Shown here: positions 18,547 to 27,958 of the stretch, piece by piece | How positions within the stretch are numbered: position 1 is the first letter of the stretch | Layout of the letters: each line of letters begins with the position of its first letter | Assembly: GCA_900553835.1 (NCBI GenBank) | Contig: USFF01000001.1 | Span: forward strand, 1,568-65,567 | Origin: an uncultured Mycoplasmatota bacterium | GTDB taxonomy: Bacteria; Bacillota_I; Bacilli_A; RF39; UBA660 | Length of the DNA: 64,000 nucleotides | Direction: 5' to 3' | Program-made: the position numbers and the translations under genes | The notes under the pieces: model-generated | Seen by the model: only the letters and a program-made list of their open reading frames with translations | The model's database searches: none | What the model was told of the DNA's origin: nothing

Positions 18547-19716
18547 ATGGAATCATTTGATGGTAAATTAAAAAACGACTATATTAATGTTTTAAAAGTT
18601 AATGGTTTTTCAGATAAGGATATTAATAAAATAGAAAGACTTTTGTATAAATATAAAGATGTATTAACTGATTTTAGAGACTTAGTTGGTGACAGTCTTT
18701 TACCGGATAAATTTTATTTTTTTAATAATATGAAACATTTTGCGTATTTGTTTAGCAGTGATATTGATAAAACTGTAACAAAAGAATACTTGAATTTTAA
18801 TAAATTTATTTATTATTTAGTCAAACTTATAGGGCCTAGTTTTTTATTATCTAAACAAGTAATTGAAAATAGAAATATTTTAAAAGGTATAAATGTTAAA
18901 GATAATGGTATTAATCTTCCAAAAGAACCGGTAATGTGGACACCTAATCATCACTTCAAAGACGATGTTTTATGTTCAATGTTAAAAACTCAAAGACCCA
19001 GTTGTATGGCTTTTGCTAGTATTCCTCATTTTTTTAACTCATTTGATGGAATACTTGCTTATTCACTTGGAGTTATACTGATAAATAGAAAAAGTGAGGA
19101 AAGTAGAAGTACATGCTTACCAAAAATGAAAAAAGTAGTTGAACTTGGTTCAGATCTAATAGTTTGGCCTGAGGGTGTTTGGCATAAAAATCCAAACGAT
19201 TTAATTTTACATTTGTGGCCAGGTATATATAGGTGTTCAATTGAAACAGGAATAAAGGCGGTACCGATGATACATTATGTGAGAGATACTACTCAAAGAG
19301 AAAAGAAAAATAAAAATTTAATTCATACTGTAATTGATGAACCGGTTGACTTTAATACCATGCATGGGATGGGAGAACGAGCTTGCTTAGAATATTATAG
19401 AGATATAATGTGTACATGGTATTACTTAATGATGGAAAAATATGGACAAAGTACTAGAGAGGAAGAACTTAAGGGATATGATAATTCTGTTGAGGCATGG
19501 GAAGAACATTTAAATAATCTTCTTAATAATGCAGCAAGGTATGATAAAAGCATTGAGACAACAGCAAGTTATCGTATGAATGATTATGTCACTCCACTAG
19601 ATGTTTATGAAAATATTGCTTCACTTGATGTAACCAAAAGTAATGCTTTAGAAGTAGCAAATGCCAGAAAATTAATAAAAGAATATAAAATTAATGATTT
19701 TCAAAGTAGATTTTAA
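18547..19716 (+). CDS. PlsC/LPLAT-family acyltransferase-like protein
   Basis: NHHFKDD (HX4D) and WPEG motifs. Its own TTGCAT-17-TATAAT promoter lies at 18487-18515. Confidence 0.55.
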   Translation: MESFDGKLKNDYINVLKVNGFSDKDINKIERLLYKYKDVLTDFRDLVGDSLLPDKFYFFNNMKHFAYLFSSDIDKTVTKEYLNFNKFIYYLVKLIGPSFLLSKQVIENRNILKGINVKDNGINLPKEPVMWTPNHHFKDDVLCSMLKTQRPSCMAFASIPHFFNSFDGILAYSLGVILINRKSEESRSTCLPKMKKVVELGSDLIVWPEGVWHKNPNDLILHLWPGIYRCSIETGIKAVPMIHYVRDTTQREKKNKNLIHTVIDEPVDFNTMHGMGERACLEYYRDIMCTWYYLMMEKYGQSTREEELKGYDNSVEAWEEHLNNLLNNAARYDKSIETTASYRMNDYVTPLDVYENIASLDVTKSNALEVANARKLIKEYKINDFQSRF

Positions 19717-19782
19717 AAGAGATAATTTTCTCTTTTTTTATTATTTGTGGTATGTTATAATTATAATTGGAAGTGATGGATA

Positions 19783-21606
19783 ATGGCAGGAATTTTATTA
19801 CCGATATGTGCTACATTTTTTTCGTTATTATTAACAATAATATATTTTTCTAAAAAGAGAATTGATTTAGTTGAGAATAAAATTTATTCATTTATGATAC
19901 CAATAGTTTTAATAGATAGTGTTTTAGTTTCTTTAGTACAGGGAATAGGTTTAAACGGAATAAATTCTATAAGCAATATATTTATTTCTTTAATAAATAA
20001 AATTGATTTTATGCTTTTAGTAGTTTATTCTAATTGTATATTATTTTATATTATACTTATAACTTATCCAAAGGTGAAAAACAAATTTAAGTTTTTATTA
20101 TCAGCCTTTTCTGTTTTAGATATTTTAGTATTTATTTTCATAGCACTTGGAAAAGTAATTATTATTAGTAAAGGACATAACAACAGTGTAGAAGGTTCTT
20201 CATTGATGACTACTCTTATAGTTTGTGGAATATATATATTTAGTTCAATAGTTATTTCTATCATTAATATTAAAAAAATTGATAAAAGATATATACCTGT
20301 TTTTGCAAGTATCGGGATAGCTCTTTTCTTAATTCCAATGTTTAAAATTAATCCATACTTAATAGTTGTGTCTATCACTCTGACTTTTATAAATTACATT
20401 ATGTTCTTCACAATAGAAAATCCAGATGTTAAAATGGTAAAAGAACTAGAAATAGCTAAAGATGCAGCAGTAAAAGCAAATAAAGCTAAAAGTGAATTTT
20501 TAAGTAGTATGTCACATGAACTTAGAACACCACTTAATGCAATAGTATGTTTTAGTGAATTATTAGAAACTAAAGAAGGACTAGATAAAGAAAGTAAAGA
20601 TTTTGCTAAAGATATAGTAAATGCTAGTCATAATTTATTAGAGTTAGTAAATGGGGTACTTGATATAAGTAAAATAGAAGCAGGTAAAATGGAAGTAATA
20701 AATAAAGAGTATAATGCTAAAGAGTTATTTAATTCACTAAGTACAATGGTTATTCCTAGAATAGGAGATAAAAAGATAGAATTTAAAACACGTTTAGCAG
20801 AAGATTTACCTTGTGTACTTAATGGAGATACTGGTAAAATAAAACAAATAATACTTAATTTACTTACAAATGCAGTTAAATATACTGACTATGGATGTAT
20901 AGATTATGATATAGAATGTTTAAATGATTTTAAAAATAATAGAACAAAGTTAATAGTAAGTGTTAGGGATACAGGAAGGGGAATAAAAGAAGAAGATATA
21001 AATAGATTATTTCAGAAATTTGAAAGAATTGATGAAGATAGGAATACTACAATAGAAGGAACTGGACTAGGACTTGCAATAACACAAAGTTTAGCTGATC
21101 TTATGGGTGGAAAAATTAAAGTAACTTCTAGATATGGATATGGTTCTACATTTACATTTGTATTTGAACAAGATGTAGTATCATTTAATGAAGTAGAAGA
21201 AAAGAAAGAGGAAGAAATTATAGAAGAGAAAGTAGACTTTAGTAATAAAAGTATACTAGTAGTAGATGATTCTAAACTTAACTTAAAGGTAGCAGAGAAT
21301 GTATTAAAAGAATATAATGTAAACATCTTTACATGTATAAGTGCAAAAGAATGTTTAGATTACTTAAGTATAGGTAAATATGATATAATATTAATGGATA
21401 TAATGATGCCTGTTATGAATGGAGTAGAGGCCTTAAAAGAAATAAAAAAACTAGGAGTAGAAACTCCTGTAATAGCTTTAACTGCAGATGCAATAGATGG
21501 ACAAGAGGACAAATATTTAAAAGAAGGTTTTGATGGTTATTTATCTAAACCAATTGATAAAAATGAATTAAAAAAGATATTAAATAAGTATTTGAAAGGA
21601 GAATGA
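19783..21606 (+). CDS. hybrid sensor histidine kinase (multi-TM sensor, HisKA, HATPase, receiver)
   Basis: H-box SHELRTPLNAI, N/G boxes (DTGRGI, GTGLGLAI), and a C-terminal REC domain (VVDDS..LMDIMMP..K). Confidence 0.9.
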   Translation: MAGILLPICATFFSLLLTIIYFSKKRIDLVENKIYSFMIPIVLIDSVLVSLVQGIGLNGINSISNIFISLINKIDFMLLVVYSNCILFYIILITYPKVKNKFKFLLSAFSVLDILVFIFIALGKVIIISKGHNNSVEGSSLMTTLIVCGIYIFSSIVISIINIKKIDKRYIPVFASIGIALFLIPMFKINPYLIVVSITLTFINYIMFFTIENPDVKMVKELEIAKDAAVKANKAKSEFLSSMSHELRTPLNAIVCFSELLETKEGLDKESKDFAKDIVNASHNLLELVNGVLDISKIEAGKMEVINKEYNAKELFNSLSTMVIPRIGDKKIEFKTRLAEDLPCVLNGDTGKIKQIILNLLTNAVKYTDYGCIDYDIECLNDFKNNRTKLIVSVRDTGRGIKEEDINRLFQKFERIDEDRNTTIEGTGLGLAITQSLADLMGGKIKVTSRYGYGSTFTFVFEQDVVSFNEVEEKKEEEIIEEKVDFSNKSILVVDDSKLNLKVAENVLKEYNVNIFTCISAKECLDYLSIGKYDIILMDIMMPVMNGVEALKEIKKLGVETPVIALTADAIDGQEDKYLKEGFDGYLSKPIDKNELKKILNKYLKGE

Positions 21607-21607
21607 A

Positions 21608-22339
21608 ATGAATAACGAATATTTAAAAAATGCTGGAATTAATGTAGATGAAGTAATGAACTTTTGGGGAGATATTGAAGCTTATAAAGATAACTTACTA
21701 GAATTTTTAACCTCTGTAGATACAAAAATAAAAGAACTAGAAAGTTATAAAAATAATACTGAAATAAGTAGTTATACCATGCTTGCCCATAGCTTAAAGA
21801 GTGAAACAAGATATTTAGGTTTAAATAAATTATCTGATATATTTTATACTCATGAACTTAAAGGCAAAGAAAATAATGTTGACTACATAAAAAGTAACTT
21901 TACTGAAATAGAAAATGGAGTTAATAAAGTTAAAAGTGATTTAAAAGACTTTTTAAATAGTACAACTATTAAGAAGAGTTTATTAGTAGTAGATGACTCT
22001 AATATAATAATTAATTATATAGAAAACTTAGTAAAAAGTGATTATAATGTAATAAGAGCTAATAATGGAATAGAGGCTGTAAATAAAATAAATGAAAATA
22101 TATATGCACTTTTACTTGATATAAATATGCCTAAAAGTACTGGTATAGATGTTTTAAAATATATGAATGATAATGATTTAATAGATAAAATACCAGTAGT
22201 AATTATAACTGGCAATGATACAAGTAATCAAATAAAAGAATTAATTGGTTATAATGTTTTAGATGTACTTAATAAACCATTTACACCTGATAATATAAAA
22301 AGAGTATTAACTTTAATAGAGAATTTTCATAATAATTAG
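21608..22339 (+). CDS. Hpt-domain plus receiver-domain phosphorelay protein
   Basis: AHSLKSETRYLG is an Hpt histidine motif, followed by a REC domain (LVVDDS..LLDINMP). There is no output domain. Confidence 0.8.
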   Translation: MNNEYLKNAGINVDEVMNFWGDIEAYKDNLLEFLTSVDTKIKELESYKNNTEISSYTMLAHSLKSETRYLGLNKLSDIFYTHELKGKENNVDYIKSNFTEIENGVNKVKSDLKDFLNSTTIKKSLLVVDDSNIIINYIENLVKSDYNVIRANNGIEAVNKINENIYALLLDINMPKSTGIDVLKYMNDNDLIDKIPVVIITGNDTSNQIKELIGYNVLDVLNKPFTPDNIKRVLTLIENFHNN

Positions 22340-22431
22340 GAAATTCTTTTTTTGTAAATTAAAAGTAAAATAATTGTTAAACTATTTAACTCTTTATATG
22401 AGTGTGATAAACTCTTAATAGGTGAATAGAT

Positions 22432-22938
22432 ATGGAAAAGAAAAAAACAAAAAAAGAAATAGTGAGGATGCTTTTAAATCAAAATTTAGAAACAGAGGAT
22501 GAAAATGAATTACTAGATATGTTAGTAGATAATCCTATTGCAATTGATGTAGATAAAGTAGCTAAAGATACAGAAAAAAGGGGAGATAAAATAGCAGATA
22601 AAATCACAAATATAGCTGGTAGCTGGGGTTTTATATTGGGATTTAGTTTGTTTCTTATAGTATGGATATTACTTAACTTATTTGTATTAAAAAATTTAGA
22701 TCCTTATCCTTTTATACTTCTTAATTTACTTTTATCATGTATTGCTGCTCTTCAAGCGCCAATAATAATGATGAGTCAAAATAGAAGTGCTAAAAAAGAT
22801 AGTATGAGAAGTATGAATGACTATAAAACAGATCTAAAAAGTGAATTAATACTAGAAGAACTTCATGATAAGATGGATAAAATACTAATAAATCAAAATA
22901 TAATATTAAAAGAATTAGAAAAAAATAAAGAAAAGTAA
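22432..22938 (+). CDS. DUF1003-family membrane protein
   Basis: Two TM helices with PYPFILLNLLLS...QAPIIMMSQNR. Confidence 0.7.
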   Translation: MEKKKTKKEIVRMLLNQNLETEDENELLDMLVDNPIAIDVDKVAKDTEKRGDKIADKITNIAGSWGFILGFSLFLIVWILLNLFVLKNLDPYPFILLNLLLSCIAALQAPIIMMSQNRSAKKDSMRSMNDYKTDLKSELILEELHDKMDKILINQNIILKELEKNKEK

Positions 22939-23394
22939 TTTTAAGAATTAAATATATTAATTACGATGCTCGTAAACAAAAATCTCAAATTTAATTTGAG
23001 ATTTAATTTTATAATTTAATTTATTTTAATTTTTTCATATTAAAAAATATTTTAGGAAGTTATCTAGAAACTTTATTATCTATTCTTAAGTTATCTATGG
23101 TACTTTTATATACATCATAAATGAATTTTTCTCCTAATTTATTGACACCTATGCCGTTAATATTATTATGACCTCTACCAGGAATTATTATATGTTGAAT
23201 ATCAATTCCTAGATTTTGAAGTAACTGAATAGTATTTTTTGCTCTTTGAAATAAATCTGAACCCAAAATACTTCTTTGATATTTTCCAACGTCAGTTGGT
23301 ATGCTTCTATTTAAATAACTCAAAAATATTTGAGTTTAATGTTGTTTTTCACTTAAAACATGATATAATATTATACTTACAAAGGTGGTAGTTT

Positions 23395-23934
23395 ATGAAT
23401 AAGGAAAAATTAATTCAAATAAAAAGAAGATTATTAGCACTAGGTCTAGCAGGTGTAGTGCTTGGTTCAACAGGATGTGCAAATGATAAAAGTGAAAATG
23501 CAGAGCCAAGTAGAAGTTCTATTTCACAAGGATACTCTAATGTTGAAGACTATTATAAATATGCTGTACAAAATGGAAAAGCAATAAAACTATATAATAG
23601 TGAATATGTGTTTTTACTTTATAATATAGAAACTTATGATGTAGAGGAATATATTTTTAAATGTCCTGTTACATGGTTTGGTGGAGGAGAATTATATGAT
23701 TTAGAAACGGAAGAAATGTTAGCATATGGAGATGGAATAGCAACAACTTATAATGGAGATTTTTATAGGTATATAGTAAAAAATAATTATCAAGTACGCC
23801 TTAATGAAGTTAGTGATTATGTGGAAGGTCACGTTGACAAAGAATATTATTCATTAGATGAAATCAAAGTATTAGAACCACTTATAGAGAATAGTTTAAA
23901 AATTATTAATAAAGCAAAGGTAAATATAAAATAA
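23395..23934 (+). CDS. lipoprotein, function unknown
   Basis: Signal peptide with lipobox LGSTG-C. Confidence 0.7.
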   Translation: MNKEKLIQIKRRLLALGLAGVVLGSTGCANDKSENAEPSRSSISQGYSNVEDYYKYAVQNGKAIKLYNSEYVFLLYNIETYDVEEYIFKCPVTWFGGGELYDLETEEMLAYGDGIATTYNGDFYRYIVKNNYQVRLNEVSDYVEGHVDKEYYSLDEIKVLEPLIENSLKIINKAKVNIK

Positions 23935-24100
23935 TGTTTTAAAATGATGTAATTTAAGAGTGTTAAAAAATATACAGAGCAAAATTATTTAATAACCATG
24001 CATTATTTTAGAAAAACTACAATTTATTATTTATAATGAATATAAGACTTCAAAATAAAAAAATTAAGAAGTCTTTTTTTTATAAATGTACCTAAAATTA

Positions 24101-24133
24101 AAATAAAAAATAAAAAGCCCTTACAATAAGGGC
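24101..24133 (-). terminator. intrinsic terminator (minus strand)
   Basis: GCCCTTA-CAA-TAAGGGC stem with a T-run on the minus strand. Confidence 0.6.
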
Positions 24134-24217
24134 CTATTAACATTATTTGGAGCGAGTGTCGTAGGTATCTACAACTTTTTCCAATATATGAATTGATATA
24201 CAAATATCAATCTAATA

Positions 24218-25477
24218 TTATTTTAGCATATAATAAGTATTTTTACCAGTGCCTGATTGTATTAAAGTATTATTGCTTATCATATTGTTTAAAATATCAA
24301 TAGCTCTAGTTTTAGATACATCAAGTAATGATTCTACTATTATTCTATTTATTTTATTATTTTTCTTTAAATATTCAATAATTTGTTCTTCTTGTGTTAA
24401 ATTAGTTGGCAGATTTTTGACGTTATCATTTTCAATATAATTCACATTATATAAAGTTACTTTGAATACGTTTTCGGTATCCAATATTAATGGTTGCTTA
24501 TCAAAGCCTTTATATGATTCAATGATTCTTCCAATACCAGTTCCGAAACTTTCTACGTATTTTAATCTATAAAATATATTTGCTAAATTAGGATTTCTTG
24601 ATTCGGAAACACCATTGTATAAATCTTCCATATTAAGTCCCCTGATTAACCCACCTAAAGATGTAATTTCAAAATGATCATCAAATAATGATATTAATAT
24701 ACTACCCGTAAAATGATAATCACGATGTATAACAGCATTTAATAAAGATTCTCTAATTGCATATTCTGGATAATCCCTTGTATCAATTCTCTCTAAACCT
24801 ATAATTTTTCCTTTAGTTTTGTTATATAAATCTAAATATTCAAATGTATCATTTACTTGCTTTAGTACTGAACCAGTAAATTCCTTTCTGTCTTTAAATT
24901 CTAATTTGCTATTTCCGTTAAAAATAGCACATTTTATTGAATAAGGACATTCATCTGATAAAAGCAACCCTAAATTAGTATATTTATTATTTAAACTAAC
25001 AATATTTAATGCTTTAAATTTATTATCATTAATTTCTATGTTGTGGTTTTTAAAAATATTTTTCAAATATTCAAAGTGTAAATCTTGAACACTTGAAACA
25101 TTATTTTCAAAAGAATTGCTATTACTTTCTATTAGCATCTTTTTTATAACTTCTTCACTTGCTTGTACTGATGCGTTTCCGTGTCTTAAATAAACACCTG
25201 CCGATTTTAAACCTTTATCAGATAAATAATATGGTTTATTTGGTGCCTCACTAATTTTAACTATAATTATATCTTTGCCTTCAATTCTTTCTATATATAT
25301 TTTAGTATAAAGTGTTAAATCTGATTTAATACCTTCACGTATCATTCCGCTTAATGCTTCTAAATCTTTATTAGCATCTTTTAAGCCAATAACATTTCCG
25401 CCATCATCAATGCCAATATAAATAGTTCCATTATTAGTATTAGCGAATGCAACAATTTCTTTTTTTATATAAAAATA
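24218..25477 (-). pseudogene. AlbA_2 (Schlafen-like) + HATPase_c_4 + wHTH protein gene lacking an in-frame start
   Basis: The frame is open upstream of the tracked Met through KKEIVAFANTNNGTIYIGIDDGGNVIGL (AlbA_2 core) to a stop at 25478-25480, with no start codon. AVIHRDY...SESRNPNLA..FGTGIGRI is typical of HATPase_c_4. Confidence 0.7.
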
Positions 25478-25488
25478 TTATCAATTGA

Positions 25489-25518
25489 TTCGACCTCTTT
25501 TCGACCACTTTTCGACCA
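25489..25518. repeat. TTCGACC repeated three times at 11-nt spacing (CTTTTCGACCA x2 tandem); a fourth TTCGAC lies at 25555-25560
   Basis: Read directly from the sequence. CG-containing words are rare in this AT-rich DNA. Confidence 0.8.
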
Positions 25519-25677
25519 GCACTGTTTTTTGTATTAAAAAATCAAACTAAAAAGTTCGACTAAATATCAATTTGGAGCGATTACCAAAGGGGTAATGCAC
25601 ACTTTCAATAAACAAATTCATTTGTATTTGATGTATTAATTATATCGTATTATTTAAAATATATCAATATATATATC

Positions 25678-27819
25678 TTAATTAGTCATATTAGTAAAAT
25701 GATTAATATCTACGGTCTCAATTTTTCTCATTAAATATTGTGCTGATTTTAAAATTTGTTCTGGATTACGTGCTGATTTATGGGATAATATGTTACATAC
25801 ATCTAATAATACAGGTATTTGTATATTATCATTATTTGATACTTGGTTAACGTCTTTACATAATGCGATTTTAACATTATTTATGTTATCACTTGTAGGG
25901 CTAGAATTTGATACTTTGAAAGACATAAATTGTTCTAATATTTTTCTCATAATATTAGGATAATGATATATTTCACAATCAGTTAAATCATCAGTATTAG
26001 TTTTTTTTGAAAACTCATAAATTTCTTTAAAATCATGTTTATATGGTGTTTCTTTAGTTTTTGTTTTTACTAGATAGCTACCATTTTCATTTTTCTTGAT
26101 TTCGTAAAATCTATATGGTGTCTCTTTACCTTCTTTATCGGAATCTTTTTTTCCATAACAGATATTACAGAAATCTTCCCATACATGTGTAAAAATAAAT
26201 ATTTGAGGACACTCTAAATCAACAATTTTCTTAACTAATTCAAGAATGTACATTTTATTCACGTCATCTACACTTGAAATAGGATCATCAACAATTATTG
26301 TTTTAATCTCATCTTTAAATTGTTTTTGTTTATCATCGTTAAATAATTCGTAATAGAAGAACAATAACGCAAGTAAATTATTTTCACCTTCACTTATGTC
26401 ATCTAATAATAGAGGAATATTATCATTTCTATGCTTAATAACATAGTTTTTTTCAACTATATCTAAATAAAAATCTATACCTAATTGTAAAAGAAGTTCA
26501 TTTATATAATTAGCAAAATCGCTAGTAGTAGATTTGCTGTTTTTAAGTTTTGAAATTTGTATTAATAATTTTTGATTATTTTTTTCTGTTTCATGTAAAA
26601 TTTTTGTTTTTTCTTCTTTTTCAGTTATTAATGTTTTTATTAGAGAATTATTTGATATTTCTAATGCAATAGCACCTTTAATTAAAATATTACTTTTTTC
26701 TATTTTAGAATTTAATGTTAAAATTTTATTGTTTTTCTCATTATTAATATTAGCGAAAGCATTTGAAATATTTGTCATTATATCAATAATAGTTTCTTTA
26801 TCAAATTGATATGTATTAGTCATATTTTTAATTTTTAAATCACTAATATCAACATAATTTTCTAGTTTGTCTATATTTTCTATTACTATATCATAAATAT
26901 CATCAACACTGTCTCCAACCATATTTGAAACAATCTGTCCATTATATAGTATTGCTTCTTTAGTATTAATAATATTTTTTAATTTATCTATAAAAAATTC
27001 TAATTTTTGTAAATCTTGTTGTTTTCTATCTTCTAAATATTTTTGTGTTTTTTCTTCTATTTCCTTCATATTTAAATTTCCACCACAAAATTTACAATAA
27101 ACCGAGTTTTCTTTTTTGTGTATTTCTAAACCTTCTTTAAGCCATTCTATTATTTTTGTTGATGGTATTTCTTCAGCATTATATTCTGTTGACATGATGT
27201 CGTATATAGAATTAATTTCTTCCTCATTTATAACATTAACATCAGTAATTTTTAAAGTTTGTAGTGCTAATAAATCTTTTTCATATTCTGAAGCATCTTT
27301 AAAATTAGTTAATTCATCTTTAGTAACCAATTTAAGTGCAGGTTGTAAATCTTTTTTATATGCTTCAATTAATTCTTCTATGTTATTTGCAACTTTCTTT
27401 TTTATTGACGAATTTCCTTTTTTTGAATTAAATATATTTGAAATTTCATTATTTATTTTATCTTCAGCATCGTTAATATCCTTTGTTATTGTTAAAGTAT
27501 CTTTTATTTCTTTTTCTTTTTCTAAAATTTCTTTTTCTACATCAACATCTTTTGCTCCAAAGGTAGCCACAATACCTTTTAGTCCATTATTATTTTCTAA
27601 AAGTAAGTTATTTTTTATATAGTCTTTATTATAAAATCTATAGTTTGCATCTGTATTTTCAGAATCCTTTAAAAATTCATTAATAATTCCCTTTGATAAA
27701 GCTGTCTTTCCTTTGCCATTATATCCAAAAAATATATTTTTCTTTTTGAACTTATCTATTGAAGGACCAGTATAATTTTTAAATGATTTATAATTATAGT
27801 TATTAATTGTTTCTAACAT
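25678..27819 (-). CDS. AAA_13-family ATPase, RloC/PrrC-like putative tRNA anticodon nuclease
   Basis: Walker A GYNGKGKTAL, LSEGENN, and Walker B IIVDDPISSVDD. A long coiled-coil insert carries CKFCGG. The C-terminus has R-x3-E (MRKILEQ) and a downstream His (ILSHKS). The start was moved to ATG 27819, behind AAGAGGTG. Confidence 0.6.
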   Translation of the reverse strand: MLETINNYNYKSFKNYTGPSIDKFKKKNIFFGYNGKGKTALSKGIINEFLKDSENTDANYRFYNKDYIKNNLLLENNNGLKGIVATFGAKDVDVEKEILEKEKEIKDTLTITKDINDAEDKINNEISNIFNSKKGNSSIKKKVANNIEELIEAYKKDLQPALKLVTKDELTNFKDASEYEKDLLALQTLKITDVNVINEEEINSIYDIMSTEYNAEEIPSTKIIEWLKEGLEIHKKENSVYCKFCGGNLNMKEIEEKTQKYLEDRKQQDLQKLEFFIDKLKNIINTKEAILYNGQIVSNMVGDSVDDIYDIVIENIDKLENYVDISDLKIKNMTNTYQFDKETIIDIMTNISNAFANINNEKNNKILTLNSKIEKSNILIKGAIALEISNNSLIKTLITEKEEKTKILHETEKNNQKLLIQISKLKNSKSTTSDFANYINELLLQLGIDFYLDIVEKNYVIKHRNDNIPLLLDDISEGENNLLALLFFYYELFNDDKQKQFKDEIKTIIVDDPISSVDDVNKMYILELVKKIVDLECPQIFIFTHVWEDFCNICYGKKDSDKEGKETPYRFYEIKKNENGSYLVKTKTKETPYKHDFKEIYEFSKKTNTDDLTDCEIYHYPNIMRKILEQFMSFKVSNSSPTSDNINNVKIALCKDVNQVSNNDNIQIPVLLDVCNILSHKSARNPEQILKSAQYLMRKIETVDINHFTNMTN

Positions 27820-27824
27820 AAAAC

Positions 27825-27839
27825 ACCTCTTTTCGACCA
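27825..27839. repeat. 15-nt exact copy (ACCTCTTTTCGACCA) of 25493-25507
   Basis: Exact match read from the sequence. It overlaps the Shine-Dalgarno of the RloC-like gene. Confidence 0.8.
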
Positions 27840-27958
27840 TTTATTATACCATGTTTTTTATGTTTTTTCTTAGTTATATAGCTGTATAAACGAAAATTTA
27901 ATTGTGTAATTAGTAATTTTTTTAAAAATATGTTATAATTAAGACAAGAGGTGAAAAA

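Noticed and set aside
23060-23323. 87-aa minus-strand ORF (TTG start) next to the lipoprotein gene
   Set aside because: There is no Shine-Dalgarno and no promoter room, because the upstream 70 bp holds the plus-strand promoter of the lipoprotein gene. No recognisable motif was seen. It may be a gene remnant at the island border, but I cannot support a call.
27116-27622. 168-aa plus-strand ORF antisense to the RloC-like gene. The same class of antisense ORFs occurs at 937-1185, 5274-5519, 6240-6569, 8020-8238, 8353-8553, 8761-8970, 12783-13076, 13662-13865, 15966-16229, 16479-16700, 16735-17034, 17248-17565, 20064-20378, 21012-21326, 24249-24440, 28350-28565, 28856-29044, 29252-29455, 31521-31791, 37918-38121, 42248-42445, 49419-49640, 51719-51913, 54036-54233, 55803-56003 and 58715-58906.
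   Set aside because: All are embedded antisense to, or out of frame within, ORFs with clear family motifs. Their translations are low-complexity Ser/Leu/Phe/Ile strings, which is typical of non-coding frames in AT-rich DNA.
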